DNA from: Candidatus Porifericomitales bacterium
GTDB taxonomy: Bacteria; Pseudomonadota; Gammaproteobacteria; CBDEFV01
Reading direction: 5' to 3'
NCBI GenBank assembly: GCA_965237735.1
Contig: CBDEFV010000004.1
Location: 1,006 to 65,005, forward strand
Length of the DNA stretch: 64,000 nt
The position numbers were made by a program, and so were the translations under genes. The stretch's first letter is position 1, and each line of letters opens with the position of its first letter. This document shows, in pieces, positions 29,261-39,072 of the stretch. The notes under the pieces are model-generated. The model searched no databases, was not told the DNA's origin, and saw nothing but the letters and a program-made list of their open reading frames with translations.

Positions 29261-30262
29261 TCAGGGTCGAGGAAAAAGGCCGGGGACCACGCCCAGGGCC
29301 AGGGCTTCGTAGAGGGCGAAGGCGGCGAAGAGGACGATTGCCTGGAGCCAGCCGCTGCTGCGTTTCGGCGGCAGGCGCAGCAGGGCGAGCAGCAGCAGCA
29401 GGACGAGAAACTGGGCCGGCAGGTCGCGCAGCCAGACCTCATCGGCCAGAGTCAGGGGGGCGATCGATACGGCGGCGCCGATGACCAGCAGGGTGTTGAA
29501 GATATTGGAGCCGAGGACGCCGCCGAAGACGAGATCGCGCTGGCCCTTGAAGGCGGACAGGGTAACGGCGGCGAGCTCCGGTATGCTGGTGCCGACTGCG
29601 ACCAGGGTGAGCCCGATGACGAGTTCGCTGATGCCTGCATAGCGCGCAACCTCGGTGGCGCCGCCGAGGAGCAGCTCCGAAGCGAGGGCGAGAAGAAGCG
29701 GCGAGATCAGGGCCAGAATCAGGTTCACCCTCAGGGAGCGCTGCGGTCGCTGCGGTCGCTGCGGTCGCTGCGGTCGCTGCGGCTCCTGCGGCGGCGGCGC
29801 AATCCCGCCGCGCTTTAGCATCAGGGGGCCGAAGGCGGCGGCAAAGAGAGCCAGGAGCAGGATTCCATCGAGCACAGACAGCCGTCCATCCCAACAGAGC
29901 GCCGACAGCAGTATCAGGGCGCCGAACAGAAGCCAGGCCTGAACCCGGCCGTCCCGGGGCAGTGCCAGGGGCGCGAAGAGCGCGGCCGAACCGGCGATCA
30001 GCATGAAATTGGCGAGGTTGGAGCCGAGGGCGTTGCCGAGAGCAAGTTCGGGCTGATCCCTGAAGGCGGCGACGACCGAGACAAAGAGCTCGGGCAAAGA
30101 GGTGCCGAAACCGATGAAGAGGGCTCCGACGATGGCCGGCGACCAGCCGAGGCCGCGGGCGATGGCGGCGGAGCTGTCGACCAGGATATTGGCCGCCAGC
30201 GCCAACAGCACGAAGCCGCCGGCGAGGGAGGCCAGTACGCCCCAGAAGTTCAAGGGGAGCAC
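29261..30262 (-). CDS. Calcium/sodium antiporter (YrbG/CaCA family)
   Basis: Two alpha repeats GTSLPE...GSN and GTSIPE...GSN. Confidence 0.92.
   Translation of the reverse strand: MLPLNFWGVLASLAGGFVLLALAANILVDSSAAIARGLGWSPAIVGALFIGFGTSLPELFVSVVAAFRDQPELALGNALGSNLANFMLIAGSAALFAPLALPRDGRVQAWLLFGALILLSALCWDGRLSVLDGILLLALFAAAFGPLMLKRGGIAPPPQEPQRPQRPQRPQRPQRSLRVNLILALISPLLLALASELLLGGATEVARYAGISELVIGLTLVAVGTSIPELAAVTLSAFKGQRDLVFGGVLGSNIFNTLLVIGAAVSIAPLTLADEVWLRDLPAQFLVLLLLLALLRLPPKRSSGWLQAIVLFAAFALYEALALGVVPGLFPRP
29739..29782. repeat. 9-bp in-frame VNTR (cgctgcggt, ~4.9 copies) encoding QRP repeats in the antiporter loop
   Basis: Read directly; translates as PQRPQRPQRPQRPQR. Confidence 0.9.
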
Positions 30263-30266
30263 CCCG

Positions 30267-32267
30267 TCACAGGCGCTGCAAATGCTGGGCGAAGCGCTCG
30301 GCATCGACGTAGCCGACAACGCGCATGGCTCCGATCTCCTGGCCGGCACCGTCAAAAAACATCAGGGCCGGAGGCCCAAAGAGCGAGTAGCGCCGCAGGA
30401 ATTGCTGGTCGCTGCGGCTGTTGGCGGTGACGTCGAGTTCGATCAGGGCCCTGTCGGCCAGCAGTCGCTGGACTTCGGGGTCGCGAAAGGTGAAGGCCTT
30501 GAGCTCTTCGCAGCTGATGCACCAATCGGCCGTAACCATGACCAGGGCGCCCCGGGGGCGCGTCTGGAGGGCACGGTCGAGCTCGGCGACAAAGTTGGCG
30601 GCTCCCTTGAGCGGCTGAAAAGCGAGGGCTCGGCCGCTGGTGTTGGTCGGGGAGGCGCCGCCGGAGGACTCGAGATGCGCCAGGGGGGCGAAGAAATCCC
30701 GGCCACCGGAGGCGACGCCGACAAGCAGCAGGGCGCCCCAGAGCAGCAGCGTCAGGCCGGCGGCGCGGCCCCAACTGGCGCCTGCGCCCGGGAACCGCTG
30801 GGAAAAGAGAGCGAGGCCGCTGACCATCAGCAGGAAGGCGGCCACGGCCATGATGACGGCCAGCGGCAGCAGCGGGACCAGCACCCACAGGGACAGGGCG
30901 AGCAACAGCATGCCGAGGATGGCGTTGCTGCGGGCGCGCCAGCGGTCGGTCCGCGGCAGCAGTCGGCCGACACCGAGACCAAAGGCCAACAGCGGCAGAC
31001 CCATGCCGAGGCCGAGCGCGAAAAGGGCGGCGCCGCCGAGCCAGGGATCGCCGCTGCGGGCGATAAACAGCAGGGCGCCGATCAGGGGCGGCGTGACGCA
31101 TGGGCTCACCACCAGAGCGCCGATGGCGCCGAGGCCGGCCGAGGACAGAAGACTGCCGGAGCTGTTGCCGGATACAGGTTGCAGCACCGGTAAGCGCAAC
31201 TCAAAGAGGCCGAAGGACGACAGGGCCATGGCGACGAGGAGCAGGGCCATGAGAATCAGCACCCAGGGCTGAAGGATGTATGCCTGCAGGGAGGCGCCGA
31301 TGAGGCCCGCGGCAACGCCGGCGAGGCTGTAGGTCGAAGCCATGGCCAGCACATAGGCGCAGACGCGGGCAAAGGAGTGGCCGGAGAAACCCTTTTTCGG
31401 CTGCTGATCACCCTGGCTGCCGCTTCCGCCTCTGTCGGCGGCGACGCGGTAGACCAGCGGAATCATGGGGAGCACACAGGGAGTAAAGGCCAGCAACAGG
31501 CCGAAGCCGATGAAAGCCGGCAGCACCAGCCACAGAGAGGCGGCGGCGAGGAAGTGGGCGATGCGCTCCTGCTCCGACAGCTGGCCCCTGAGGCCCGGCC
31601 CCCCTGCCGGCCCCGGCTGCCCAACCCCGCCTGTTCGGGCTGCCGGCGCCGGGCCGCCGGCGCTGAGGTTGAGGCTCGCCGCTGTCAGATAGACCGGGAT
31701 TTCAGTTGTCTGCGGTGGATAGCAGACGCCGAGGGGCTCCTCGCAACCCTGATAGCGAACCCTCAGCAATAGATCGCGCGAGGCCGCCGCGACAACCGCC
31801 ACCCGCAGCAGGGCCTCGCGGTAATAGACCTCGACCGAACCGAAGAAGGGATCACGCTTTTCGACGCCCTCGGGGAAACTGATCGCGGCGAACTCGGCAC
31901 CGGCGGCCTCGACTCCGAACTTGTGGCGGTAGAGGTAGTAGCCTTCGGCGATCTGCCAGTGAAGGTCGAGGGCGGCCGAGCCGTCTTCGGCTGGCCGGGC
32001 GCTGAGGACAAAAGCTTTTTCGGCCGGCAGCAGCCCGGTGTCGCCCAGCTGCAACTGGGCCCGGGCCGGAGAGGCCGCAGACAGCAGGAGAGCGGCCAGC
32101 AACAGGGCGAGAGAGGCGATCTGGAGCGCCGTCCATTCACTGATCCTGCGGCGGACGGGAGCCACTGGCCTCGGAACCTTCGGGCCCCGAACCTCGACCG
32201 GGGCATGTTCAGGGGTCTGTTCAGCAAAGCCGTGAACTGGCTTCAGGAGGGCGGAAAAAAAGTGCAT
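30267..32267 (-). CDS. dsbD: Thiol:disulfide interchange protein DsbD (start uncertain)
   Basis: QGC...CYPP, FTPCVLPM, SPC, WCISC thioredoxin motif. Confidence 0.94.
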   Translation of the reverse strand: MHFFSALLKPVHGFAEQTPEHAPVEVRGPKVPRPVAPVRRRISEWTALQIASLALLLAALLLSAASPARAQLQLGDTGLLPAEKAFVLSARPAEDGSAALDLHWQIAEGYYLYRHKFGVEAAGAEFAAISFPEGVEKRDPFFGSVEVYYREALLRVAVVAAASRDLLLRVRYQGCEEPLGVCYPPQTTEIPVYLTAASLNLSAGGPAPAARTGGVGQPGPAGGPGLRGQLSEQERIAHFLAAASLWLVLPAFIGFGLLLAFTPCVLPMIPLVYRVAADRGGSGSQGDQQPKKGFSGHSFARVCAYVLAMASTYSLAGVAAGLIGASLQAYILQPWVLILMALLLVAMALSSFGLFELRLPVLQPVSGNSSGSLLSSAGLGAIGALVVSPCVTPPLIGALLFIARSGDPWLGGAALFALGLGMGLPLLAFGLGVGRLLPRTDRWRARSNAILGMLLLALSLWVLVPLLPLAVIMAVAAFLLMVSGLALFSQRFPGAGASWGRAAGLTLLLWGALLLVGVASGGRDFFAPLAHLESSGGASPTNTSGRALAFQPLKGAANFVAELDRALQTRPRGALVMVTADWCISCEELKAFTFRDPEVQRLLADRALIELDVTANSRSDQQFLRRYSLFGPPALMFFDGAGQEIGAMRVVGYVDAERFAQHLQRL

Positions 32268-32416
32268 TGCAGTTGCAATTATAGCGGCTGGGACCCGACA
32301 GGCCGGGGACATCAGAGGCGGCAGCAAAAATGCCCCGGAGGGCGGCAGGCACTGCCGCCTCCCGTGAGACAGCGACGACTGGTGCGGATGCGGGCTTCAG
32401 GCAGACGGCGGCAAAT

Positions 32417-33169
32417 TTAACTGCGGAGAGCCAGAAACTGCTGAACCACAGGGAAGGCCCGCTCCATGCCGCTGCCGAGTACCTGCCTCATGTCGTTGTG
32501 GTTCAGGGGTCCGTCGCCGAGGCCGGCACCGCGGTTGGCTACCACTGCCAGACAGACGTAGGACAGTGCCCGCTCACGGGCAAGAGCGGCCTCCGGCATG
32601 CCCGTCATGCCGATAATGGCGCCGCCGTCCCCGGCAATCCGCCGCACCTCGGCGGCACTCTCCAGCCGCGGCCCCTGAGTGGCGGCGTAGGCGCCGCCGT
32701 CAACCACAGCCTGCCTGATGGTGGCGGCGGCCTGTAGCAGCGTCGCCCTGAGGCCGGCATCGTAAGGGTGGGTGAAATCGATGAAGGCCTCCCCGCCGCC
32801 GATGTTGTCAAAGAAGCTGTTGTCGCGCCCTCCGGTGTAATCGATGATCTGATCGGGCACGACCAGGGCGCCGGGAACTGCCCGGTCGTCGATACCGCCG
32901 ACCGAACAGAGGGAGAGGATGGCGTCGCAACCGGCATCGGCCAAGGCCTGGATGTTGGCGCGATAGTTGATGCGGTGGGGCAGTATCTGATAGTCCGGGC
33001 CGTGGCGGAAGAGCAGCAGGCTGTCGCTGTCGATCCCCTCGAAACGGCCGCACACCACTTCGCTGGAGGGCTCGCCGTAGGGCGTGGAGTGGGCCCGGCA
33101 ACTGAGGACAGCAAAGTCGGGCGGTAGCCGGGCGCCGCTGCCGAGAATCAGGGCCACTCTCTGTTTCAT
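32417..33169 (-). CDS. S-methyl-5'-thioinosine/thioadenosine phosphorylase (MTAP family)
   Basis: TPYGEPS, RHG..PHRINYRANI, QGPRLES.AE, GMTGMPEA. Confidence 0.9.
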   Translation of the reverse strand: MKQRVALILGSGARLPPDFAVLSCRAHSTPYGEPSSEVVCGRFEGIDSDSLLLFRHGPDYQILPHRINYRANIQALADAGCDAILSLCSVGGIDDRAVPGALVVPDQIIDYTGGRDNSFFDNIGGGEAFIDFTHPYDAGLRATLLQAAATIRQAVVDGGAYAATQGPRLESAAEVRRIAGDGGAIIGMTGMPEAALARERALSYVCLAVVANRGAGLGDGPLNHNDMRQVLGSGMERAFPVVQQFLALRS

Positions 33170-33180
33170 GTCTCTGCCGC

Positions 33181-33882
33181 TCAGGAAAGCTCCCGCAATC
33201 GCCGGGCCTCGTCAAAATAGGCGGCATCAGCCTGCTTCTCGACTTCCCCGGCCCGCCGCACCGGCAAGTCCTGCCCCAGCTTCCCCAACCCCTGCACCCA
33301 CCGACCCCTGGATGCGGAACTGCCGGCGGCGATATCCATGCCCTGCTGTCTGCGCGTCATGGCAAGATAGACCCGGGCCAGCAACCAAGCGTCGACGAGG
33401 GCGCTGTGCCGCTCCTCGCGGCCGCTTCTGTCGATGTTGTATCGCTCACAGAGGGCGTCGAGCGAGTTCCGCATCCCCGCATGCCGGGAGCGCGCCATAT
33501 CCAGGGTGTCGACGATATGACCGCACAGCTCGGCCAGCGGCGACTTGCCGATGCGCCCGAGTTCGCCGTCGAGAAAGCCGGCGTCGAACTCGGCGTTGTG
33601 AATCAGGAGAGTCGAGCCGGAGATAAAATCGCTGAAATCGTCAAAGCGATCGGCAAATTCCGGCTGGTCGGCGAGGAATTCCCGACTCAGGCCGTGGACG
33701 CGGTAGGCCCCCGGCTCAATGTCGCAGTTCGGGTTGAAATAAGAGTGGAACTCCCGGCTGCTGGGGGAGCGACCGACGATTTCGACGCAGCCGATCTCGA
33801 TGACCCTGTGACCCTCGGCCATGGCGAAGCCGCTGGTCTCGGTGTCGAGACAGACATATCTGTCGCCTGGTCGGGAGGGCAT
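33181..33882 (-). CDS. dnaQ: DNA polymerase III epsilon subunit
   Basis: LDTETSG, GHRVIEIG, HNAEFD, HSALVDA, LAMT, plus a C-terminal tail. Confidence 0.95.
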   Translation of the reverse strand: MPSRPGDRYVCLDTETSGFAMAEGHRVIEIGCVEIVGRSPSSREFHSYFNPNCDIEPGAYRVHGLSREFLADQPEFADRFDDFSDFISGSTLLIHNAEFDAGFLDGELGRIGKSPLAELCGHIVDTLDMARSRHAGMRNSLDALCERYNIDRSGREERHSALVDAWLLARVYLAMTRRQQGMDIAAGSSASRGRWVQGLGKLGQDLPVRRAGEVEKQADAAYFDEARRLRELS

Positions 33883-33900
33883 GGGGGAAGAAGTTGAGGA

Positions 33901-34839
33901 CTAGGCGCCGGGGGCCTTGTCTCTGCCAACCCCTCTGCCGTCTCCGTCATCATCATTGTCGCCGCCGCGTCCCCGATCAGGGAGGCGGGCGATGAGGCTC
34001 GAAGAGTCCCAGCGACCGCCGCCCAGGGCCTGAACCTCGGCGTAAAATTGATCGACGAGAGCCGTCACCGGCAGAGAGGAGCCGTTGCGCCCAGCCTCTT
34101 CCAGCGCCAGGCCGAGATCTTTACGCATGAGATCGACGGCAAAACCGAAATCGAATTCGCCCTCGACCATGCTCGTCCAGCGGTTGCTGAGCTGCCAGGA
34201 ACCGGCGGCCCCGGTGGCGATCACGCTCATGGCGGCCTCGATGTCGAGGCCGCTGCTGCGGGCAAATTGAAGGGCCTCAGCCAGGCCCTGAATCACTCCG
34301 GCAATGCAAATCTGATTGACCATCTTCGCCCGCTGGCCGCTGCCTGTCCCGCCGATGCGGACAACAGTTCGTCCATAGCATTGAAGCAGTGGCTGCAGCC
34401 GCTCACAGCAGTCTTTGTCGCCGCCGAGCATGATGGCAAGCCGCGCCTCTTCGGCGCCGGCCTGACCGCCGGATATGGGAGCATCGACATAGTCCAGCCC
34501 GCGTTCGGCGGCGGCGGCGGCGAGTTCGGTCGAGATGCGGGCGCTGACCGTGCTGTGATCGATGAAAACGGAGCCCTTCTTCATGGCGGCAAAGGCGCCC
34601 TCGGGGCCGGTGGCAACAGCTCTGAGGGCGGCGTCATCGGCGACGCAACAGCAGACAAAATCGGCCCCGTGCACGGCTTCGGCCGGCGTGGCCGCCCAGC
34701 TGCCGCCGTACTGGCCGACCCAAGCTTCGGCCCTGGCGCCGGTGCGGTTGTAGACTCGCACAGCCCAGCCGGCGCTCGCCAGATGTCCAGCCATGGGGGG
34801 GCCCATGACGCCGAGGCCGAGGAAAGCGACCGAACTCAT
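33901..34839 (-). CDS. NAD(P)-dependent oxidoreductase, 3-hydroxyisobutyrate dehydrogenase family
   Basis: FLGLGVMG, DAPISGG, KMVNQ, KDL. Confidence 0.92.
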   Translation of the reverse strand: MSSVAFLGLGVMGPPMAGHLASAGWAVRVYNRTGARAEAWVGQYGGSWAATPAEAVHGADFVCCCVADDAALRAVATGPEGAFAAMKKGSVFIDHSTVSARISTELAAAAAERGLDYVDAPISGGQAGAEEARLAIMLGGDKDCCERLQPLLQCYGRTVVRIGGTGSGQRAKMVNQICIAGVIQGLAEALQFARSSGLDIEAAMSVIATGAAGSWQLSNRWTSMVEGEFDFGFAVDLMRKDLGLALEEAGRNGSSLPVTALVDQFYAEVQALGGGRWDSSSLIARLPDRGRGGDNDDDGDGRGVGRDKAPGA

Positions 34840-34930
34840 CGGGTCAGGCTCCTCAGGCGGGCCTTGGGGCCTGGGGTGTGGCGGGGCAAGGGGACAGGGG
34901 CGGCGGGTGGGAGGCTGTGGAAGCGGGCGA

Positions 34931-35007
34931 TGGCGTCCCCTAGGGGATTCGAACCCCTGTTGCCGCCTTGAAAGGGCGATGTCCTGGACCGACTAGACGA
35001 AGGGGAC
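34931..35007 (-). tRNA. tRNA-Glu (TTC)
   Basis: Reverse complement reads GTCCCCTTCGTCTAG...CTTTCAA...GGTTCGAATCCCCTAGGGGACGCCA, with encoded CCA. Confidence 0.97.
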
Positions 35008-35408
35008 GCACGGGATCGGCAGTCAGGCCTTAATGATAACGCCAGCGCCGTTTCCCGACCTTGGGGAAGGAGTGCAGCAGGCGGGGAAAATTGGCGGTTC
35101 TGCAAACTTTTTGCCGCCGGTTCCGCGGTCAGGGCAGTGAAAAGAATCAGCATTGAGTGCCCGCTCTTTTTCTTCTTTTTCGCCGTTTTCGACAACCTTT
35201 GTGCTATATTCTTTACAGTCTTTACGAAAATGTATCATCTTTCCCGGCTGGTGTTCCGATAGCCGTTTATTCTAGGAAGGGAACATCGGCTTCACCGTTG
35301 CTTGCTGCGCCACCTACAGCACCCTTTAAAATTATTCATGCCCATGTTTTTAACAATACCCTCGCAGCAACCGGCGATCGCCCTCTAGGACAGGGCAGTT
35401 CAGGAGCC

Positions 35409-36326
35409 ATGCTTCAGCGCACTCTTCACAATTCGATCAAAGCCTCGGGAGCGGGTCTGCACACAGGGAGAAAGGTCACCATCTGCCTGCGGCCGGCGGA
35501 ACCTGACACGGGCATCGTCTTTCAATGCACGGACCAACCGGGGGCTGAGCCCATGCGCGCCCTCAGCGACGCCGTCAGCGACACCAACCTCGCCACCACC
35601 ATAGGCCCTCCCGGCCAGTCGGTGGCGACAATTGAGCATCTCATGGCAACCTTCTACGCCTTTGGCGTCGACAACTGCCTCGTCGAAGTCACCGGCAATG
35701 AGGTGCCGATCATGGACGGCAGCGCCGGACCTTTTGTCTTTCTCCTTAAAAGCACCGGCATCGTCGAGCAGTCGGTGCCCAAGAAGTTCATCCGCATTCG
35801 CAGGAAAGTGCGGGTTCAGGACGGCGAGAAATGGGCCGAACTGCGACCCGAACAGGGCTTTTCCCTCGACTATCAAATCGATTTCAACCACCCGGTAATC
35901 CAAGCCAGCACCAGTAGATATCACTTCGATTTTTCCTCCCTGGCCTTCATCAAGGAGATCAGCCGCTCCCGCACCTTCGGCTTCCTCGACGACATCGAGA
36001 CCATGAGAGGAAAGGGGCGGGCCCTCGGCGGCAGCATCGACAACGCCATCGTCCTTGATCCCTACCGCCTGCTGAACCCTCACGGCCTCAGGGACCGCGA
36101 CGAGTTCGTCAAGCACAAGATTCTCGACGCCATCGGCGATCTCTATCTCATCGGCCATCCCCTGATCGGCCACTACTCCGGCTACAAGTCGGGGCACAGT
36201 CTCAACCACAAGCTGTTACAGAAACTGCTGCAGAAAGAAAAAGCCTGGGAATACGTGGTCTTCGAGGAGAAGACGGGCGCCAGGGAAATCCAGTTCTTTC
36301 CGATCGACGGCATTCCCGTCTACTAG
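35409..36326 (+). CDS. lpxC: UDP-3-O-acyl-N-acetylglucosamine deacetylase
   Basis: QRTL, GLHTG, TIEHL, PIMDGS, RTFGF, HKILD; ATG at 35409 after a GGAG RBS. Confidence 0.97.
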   Translation: MLQRTLHNSIKASGAGLHTGRKVTICLRPAEPDTGIVFQCTDQPGAEPMRALSDAVSDTNLATTIGPPGQSVATIEHLMATFYAFGVDNCLVEVTGNEVPIMDGSAGPFVFLLKSTGIVEQSVPKKFIRIRRKVRVQDGEKWAELRPEQGFSLDYQIDFNHPVIQASTSRYHFDFSSLAFIKEISRSRTFGFLDDIETMRGKGRALGGSIDNAIVLDPYRLLNPHGLRDRDEFVKHKILDAIGDLYLIGHPLIGHYSGYKSGHSLNHKLLQKLLQKEKAWEYVVFEEKTGAREIQFFPIDGIPVY

Positions 36327-37566
36327 GCAACCATCTGGTTGCGATTCCATACCGGAGGTCGCGGAGCGGATTCTTCCCTCAGAGGCAAACGGCTCCGGCA
36401 ATCGAGCCGGCAATACCCCTGCAGGAAGAAAGGGCTGGGGAATACGTGGTCTTCGAGGAGAAGGCGGGCGCCGGGGAAATCCAGTTCTTTCCGATCGACG
36501 GCATTCCCGTCTACCAAGCAACCATCTGGTTGCGATTCCATACCGGAGGTCGCGGAGCGGATTCTTCCCTCAGAGGCAAACGGCTCCGCCAATCGAGCCG
36601 GCAATACCCCTGCAGGAAGAAAGGGCTGGGGAATACGTGGTCTTCGAGGAGAAGGCGGGCGCCGGGGAAATCCAGTTCTTTCCGATCGACGGCATTCCCG
36701 TCTACCAGGCAACCATCTGGTTGCGATTCCATACCGGAGATCGCGGAGCGGATTCTTCCCTCAGAGGCAAACGGCTCCGCCAATCGAGCCGGCAATACCC
36801 CTGCAGGAAGAAAGGGCTGGGGAATACGTGGTCTTCGAGGAGAAGGCGGGCGCCGGGGAAATCCAGTTCTTTCCGATCGACGGCATTCCCGTCTACCAGG
36901 CAACCATCTGGTTGCGATTCCATACCGGAGATCGCGGAGCGGATTCTTCCCTCAGAGGCAAACGGCTCCGCCAATCGAGCCGGCAATACCCCTGCAGGAA
37001 GAAAGGGCTGGGGAATACGTGGTCTTCGAGGAGAAGGCGGGCGCCGGGGAAATCCAGTTCTTTCCGATCGACGGCATTCCCGTCTACCAGGCAACCATCT
37101 GGTTGCGATTCCATACCGGAGATCGCGGAGCGGATTCTGCCCTCAGAGGCAAACGGCTCCGCCAATCGAGCCGGCAATACCCCTGCAGGAAGAAAGGGCT
37201 GGGGAATACGTGGTCTTCGAGGAGAAGGCGGGCGCCGGGGAAATCCAGTTCTTTCCGATCGACGGCATTCCCGTCTACCAGGCAACCATCTGGTTGCGAT
37301 TCCATACCGGAGATCGCGGAGCGGATTCTTCCCTCAGAGGCAAACGGCTCCGCCAATCGAGCCGGCAATACCCCTGCAGGAAGAAAGGGCTGGGGAATAC
37401 GTGGTCTTCGAGGAGAAGGCGGGCGCCGGGGAAATCCAGTTCTTTCCGATCGACGGCATTCCCGTCTACCAGGCAACCATCTGGTTGCGATTCCATACCG
37501 GAGATCGCGGAGCGGATTCTGCCCTCAGAGGCAAACGGCTCCGCCAATCGAGCTGGCAATACCCCC
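36228..37566. repeat. Tandem array of 7 x 191 bp (last ~33 codons of lpxC plus ~92 bp of downstream DNA)
   Basis: aatacgtggtcttcgagg occurs at 36250, 36441, 36632, 36823, 37014, 37205 and 37396. Confidence 0.96.
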
Positions 37567-37611
37567 TGTGAAGTGTCTGCGCAGTCAGTCGGCGGCGCCG
37601 GTTGGCGCCCG

Positions 37612-38295
37612 TTATTTTTTTGCCGGCGGATTTCTGTCGGGCGCGGCTGAGTCGTCGCTCTCGTCATCGACCAGGGTGACGGCATGGGCAAAAGACTGAG
37701 CCAGGGTGCCGTTGTCGGAAAATTCGATGTCGCCTCCCAGGGGCAGGCCGACGGCCAGACGCCGCACGCTCAGGCCGCGTTCACGCGCCAGTTCGCTGAC
37801 GAGCAGGGCCGTGGCCTCGCTCTCGGCGCTGGGGCTCAGGGCCAGCATCAATCGACTGCCGGTGCCGCCGTCGAGAAGCTCGGCCAGCTTCGGCAGGCCG
37901 ATGTCTTCGGGGCTGCGGTTGTCGATCGGCGACACCAGACCGCGCAGGACAAAATAGCGGCCGCGCCAGAAGCCGGCCCGCTCGATGGCAATGAGATCGG
38001 CCGGCTTGGCCAGCACACAGAGCTGGTCGCCATCGCGATTGGGATCAAGGCAGACCGAGCAGCGTTCGCACTCGCTGAAATTGCCGCACAGATCGCAGAA
38101 GCCGATCTCTTTCATGGCCCGCTGCAGGAGTTCGCCGAGGTGCTCGCCATCGGCCCGGCGGCGGGTCAGCAGATGGAGGGCGATGCGCTGGGCGGAACTG
38201 GGTCCGAGCCCCGGCAGGCGGCGCAGACTTTCCTGCAGCTCGCTGAGCAGATTCGACTCGGAAGGAGCTCTCCGAGCCTCAGGCGGCAGAGTCAA
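37612..38295 (-). CDS. recR: Recombination protein RecR
   Basis: LPGLGPSSAQR HhH, C4 zinc finger, Toprim domain. Confidence 0.93.
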   Translation of the reverse strand: MTLPPEARRAPSESNLLSELQESLRRLPGLGPSSAQRIALHLLTRRRADGEHLGELLQRAMKEIGFCDLCGNFSECERCSVCLDPNRDGDQLCVLAKPADLIAIERAGFWRGRYFVLRGLVSPIDNRSPEDIGLPKLAELLDGGTGSRLMLALSPSAESEATALLVSELARERGLSVRRLAVGLPLGGDIEFSDNGTLAQSFAHAVTLVDDESDDSAAPDRNPPAKK

Positions 38296-38322
38296 GTCGG
38301 GCCGCCCTCAGTTGAGGCGCAC

Positions 38323-39033
38323 TCAACCGCACTTTGAATCGCCGCAGTTGAGGCAGGTCAGGCAGTTGTCGAGCATGACCCTGGCCTTGCGCTGGCACTG
38401 ATCGCACAGGCGGGCGTGGGCCGGGAAGGCCGAATCGGCATCCTGGGCCGCTTCTTCCGGACGGGGAGCCGGGCTTTTGCCGGCGCGCTTCTCGGCCTGA
38501 TCGAGCAGGCCGATGTCATGCAGGTGCATGGCGAGGATGTCGCCGATCTCGGCGACGATGGAGTCCTGATACTGGCGGCTGCGCCTGCTCCAGTAGCCAC
38601 CCTTGGGATCGAATACCGAGCGCAGCTCCTCGACCATGAAGGTCACATCGCCGCCTTTGCGGAAGACGGCCGACATGATGCGCGTCAGGGCGACAATCCA
38701 CTGAAAATGCCTCATGTCCTTGGAGTTGATGAAAATCTCGAAGGGCCGCCGCAACTCGTTGGCCGTGCCCTCATTGAGCACCACATCGTTGATGGTGATG
38801 TACATGGCGTGGCTCGAGACATCGTCGGGAGTTTTCAGCTTCCAGGTCGTGCCGCGCAGAGTCTCGGGGCGATCGAGCCCCTCGTGCATCTCTTCCTGGT
38901 CCTCCCGCGCCGATGCCGCAGCAATCTCATCGCGCATGAGGGCGAGGTCATGATCGGACGCAGCCGACGCCTCGGCTTCGCTCGCCGGCATGACGCGCCA
39001 AGAGGCGATCTTCCGTTCGATGCGGATACTCAC
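38323..39033 (-). CDS. nrdJb: Class II ribonucleotide reductase subunit NrdJb (TSCPD domain)
   Basis: RPFEIFINSK, SAVFRKGGD, C-terminal CLTCLNCGDSKCG. Confidence 0.92.
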   Translation of the reverse strand: MSIRIERKIASWRVMPASEAEASAASDHDLALMRDEIAAASAREDQEEMHEGLDRPETLRGTTWKLKTPDDVSSHAMYITINDVVLNEGTANELRRPFEIFINSKDMRHFQWIVALTRIMSAVFRKGGDVTFMVEELRSVFDPKGGYWSRRSRQYQDSIVAEIGDILAMHLHDIGLLDQAEKRAGKSPAPRPEEAAQDADSAFPAHARLCDQCQRKARVMLDNCLTCLNCGDSKCG

Positions 39034-39072
39034 CCGGGTCAGCCCCGCCAGCCCGGTCCAGGGAAAGATCGA

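Noticed and set aside
34840-35400. Genomic island integrated at tRNA-Glu
   Set aside because: No integrase and no duplicated tRNA 3' end seen; the flanking genes are housekeeping.
36228-37566. CRISPR array, or diversity-generating retroelement template/variable repeats
   Set aside because: The units are full-length near-identical copies with no unique spacers, they derive from lpxC, and no cas or reverse transcriptase gene is in the window.
36323-37699. Long ORFs (337-417 aa on +, repeated 130 aa on -) as independent genes
   Set aside because: By-products of a stop-free 191-bp unit cycling through frames; no recognisable domain.
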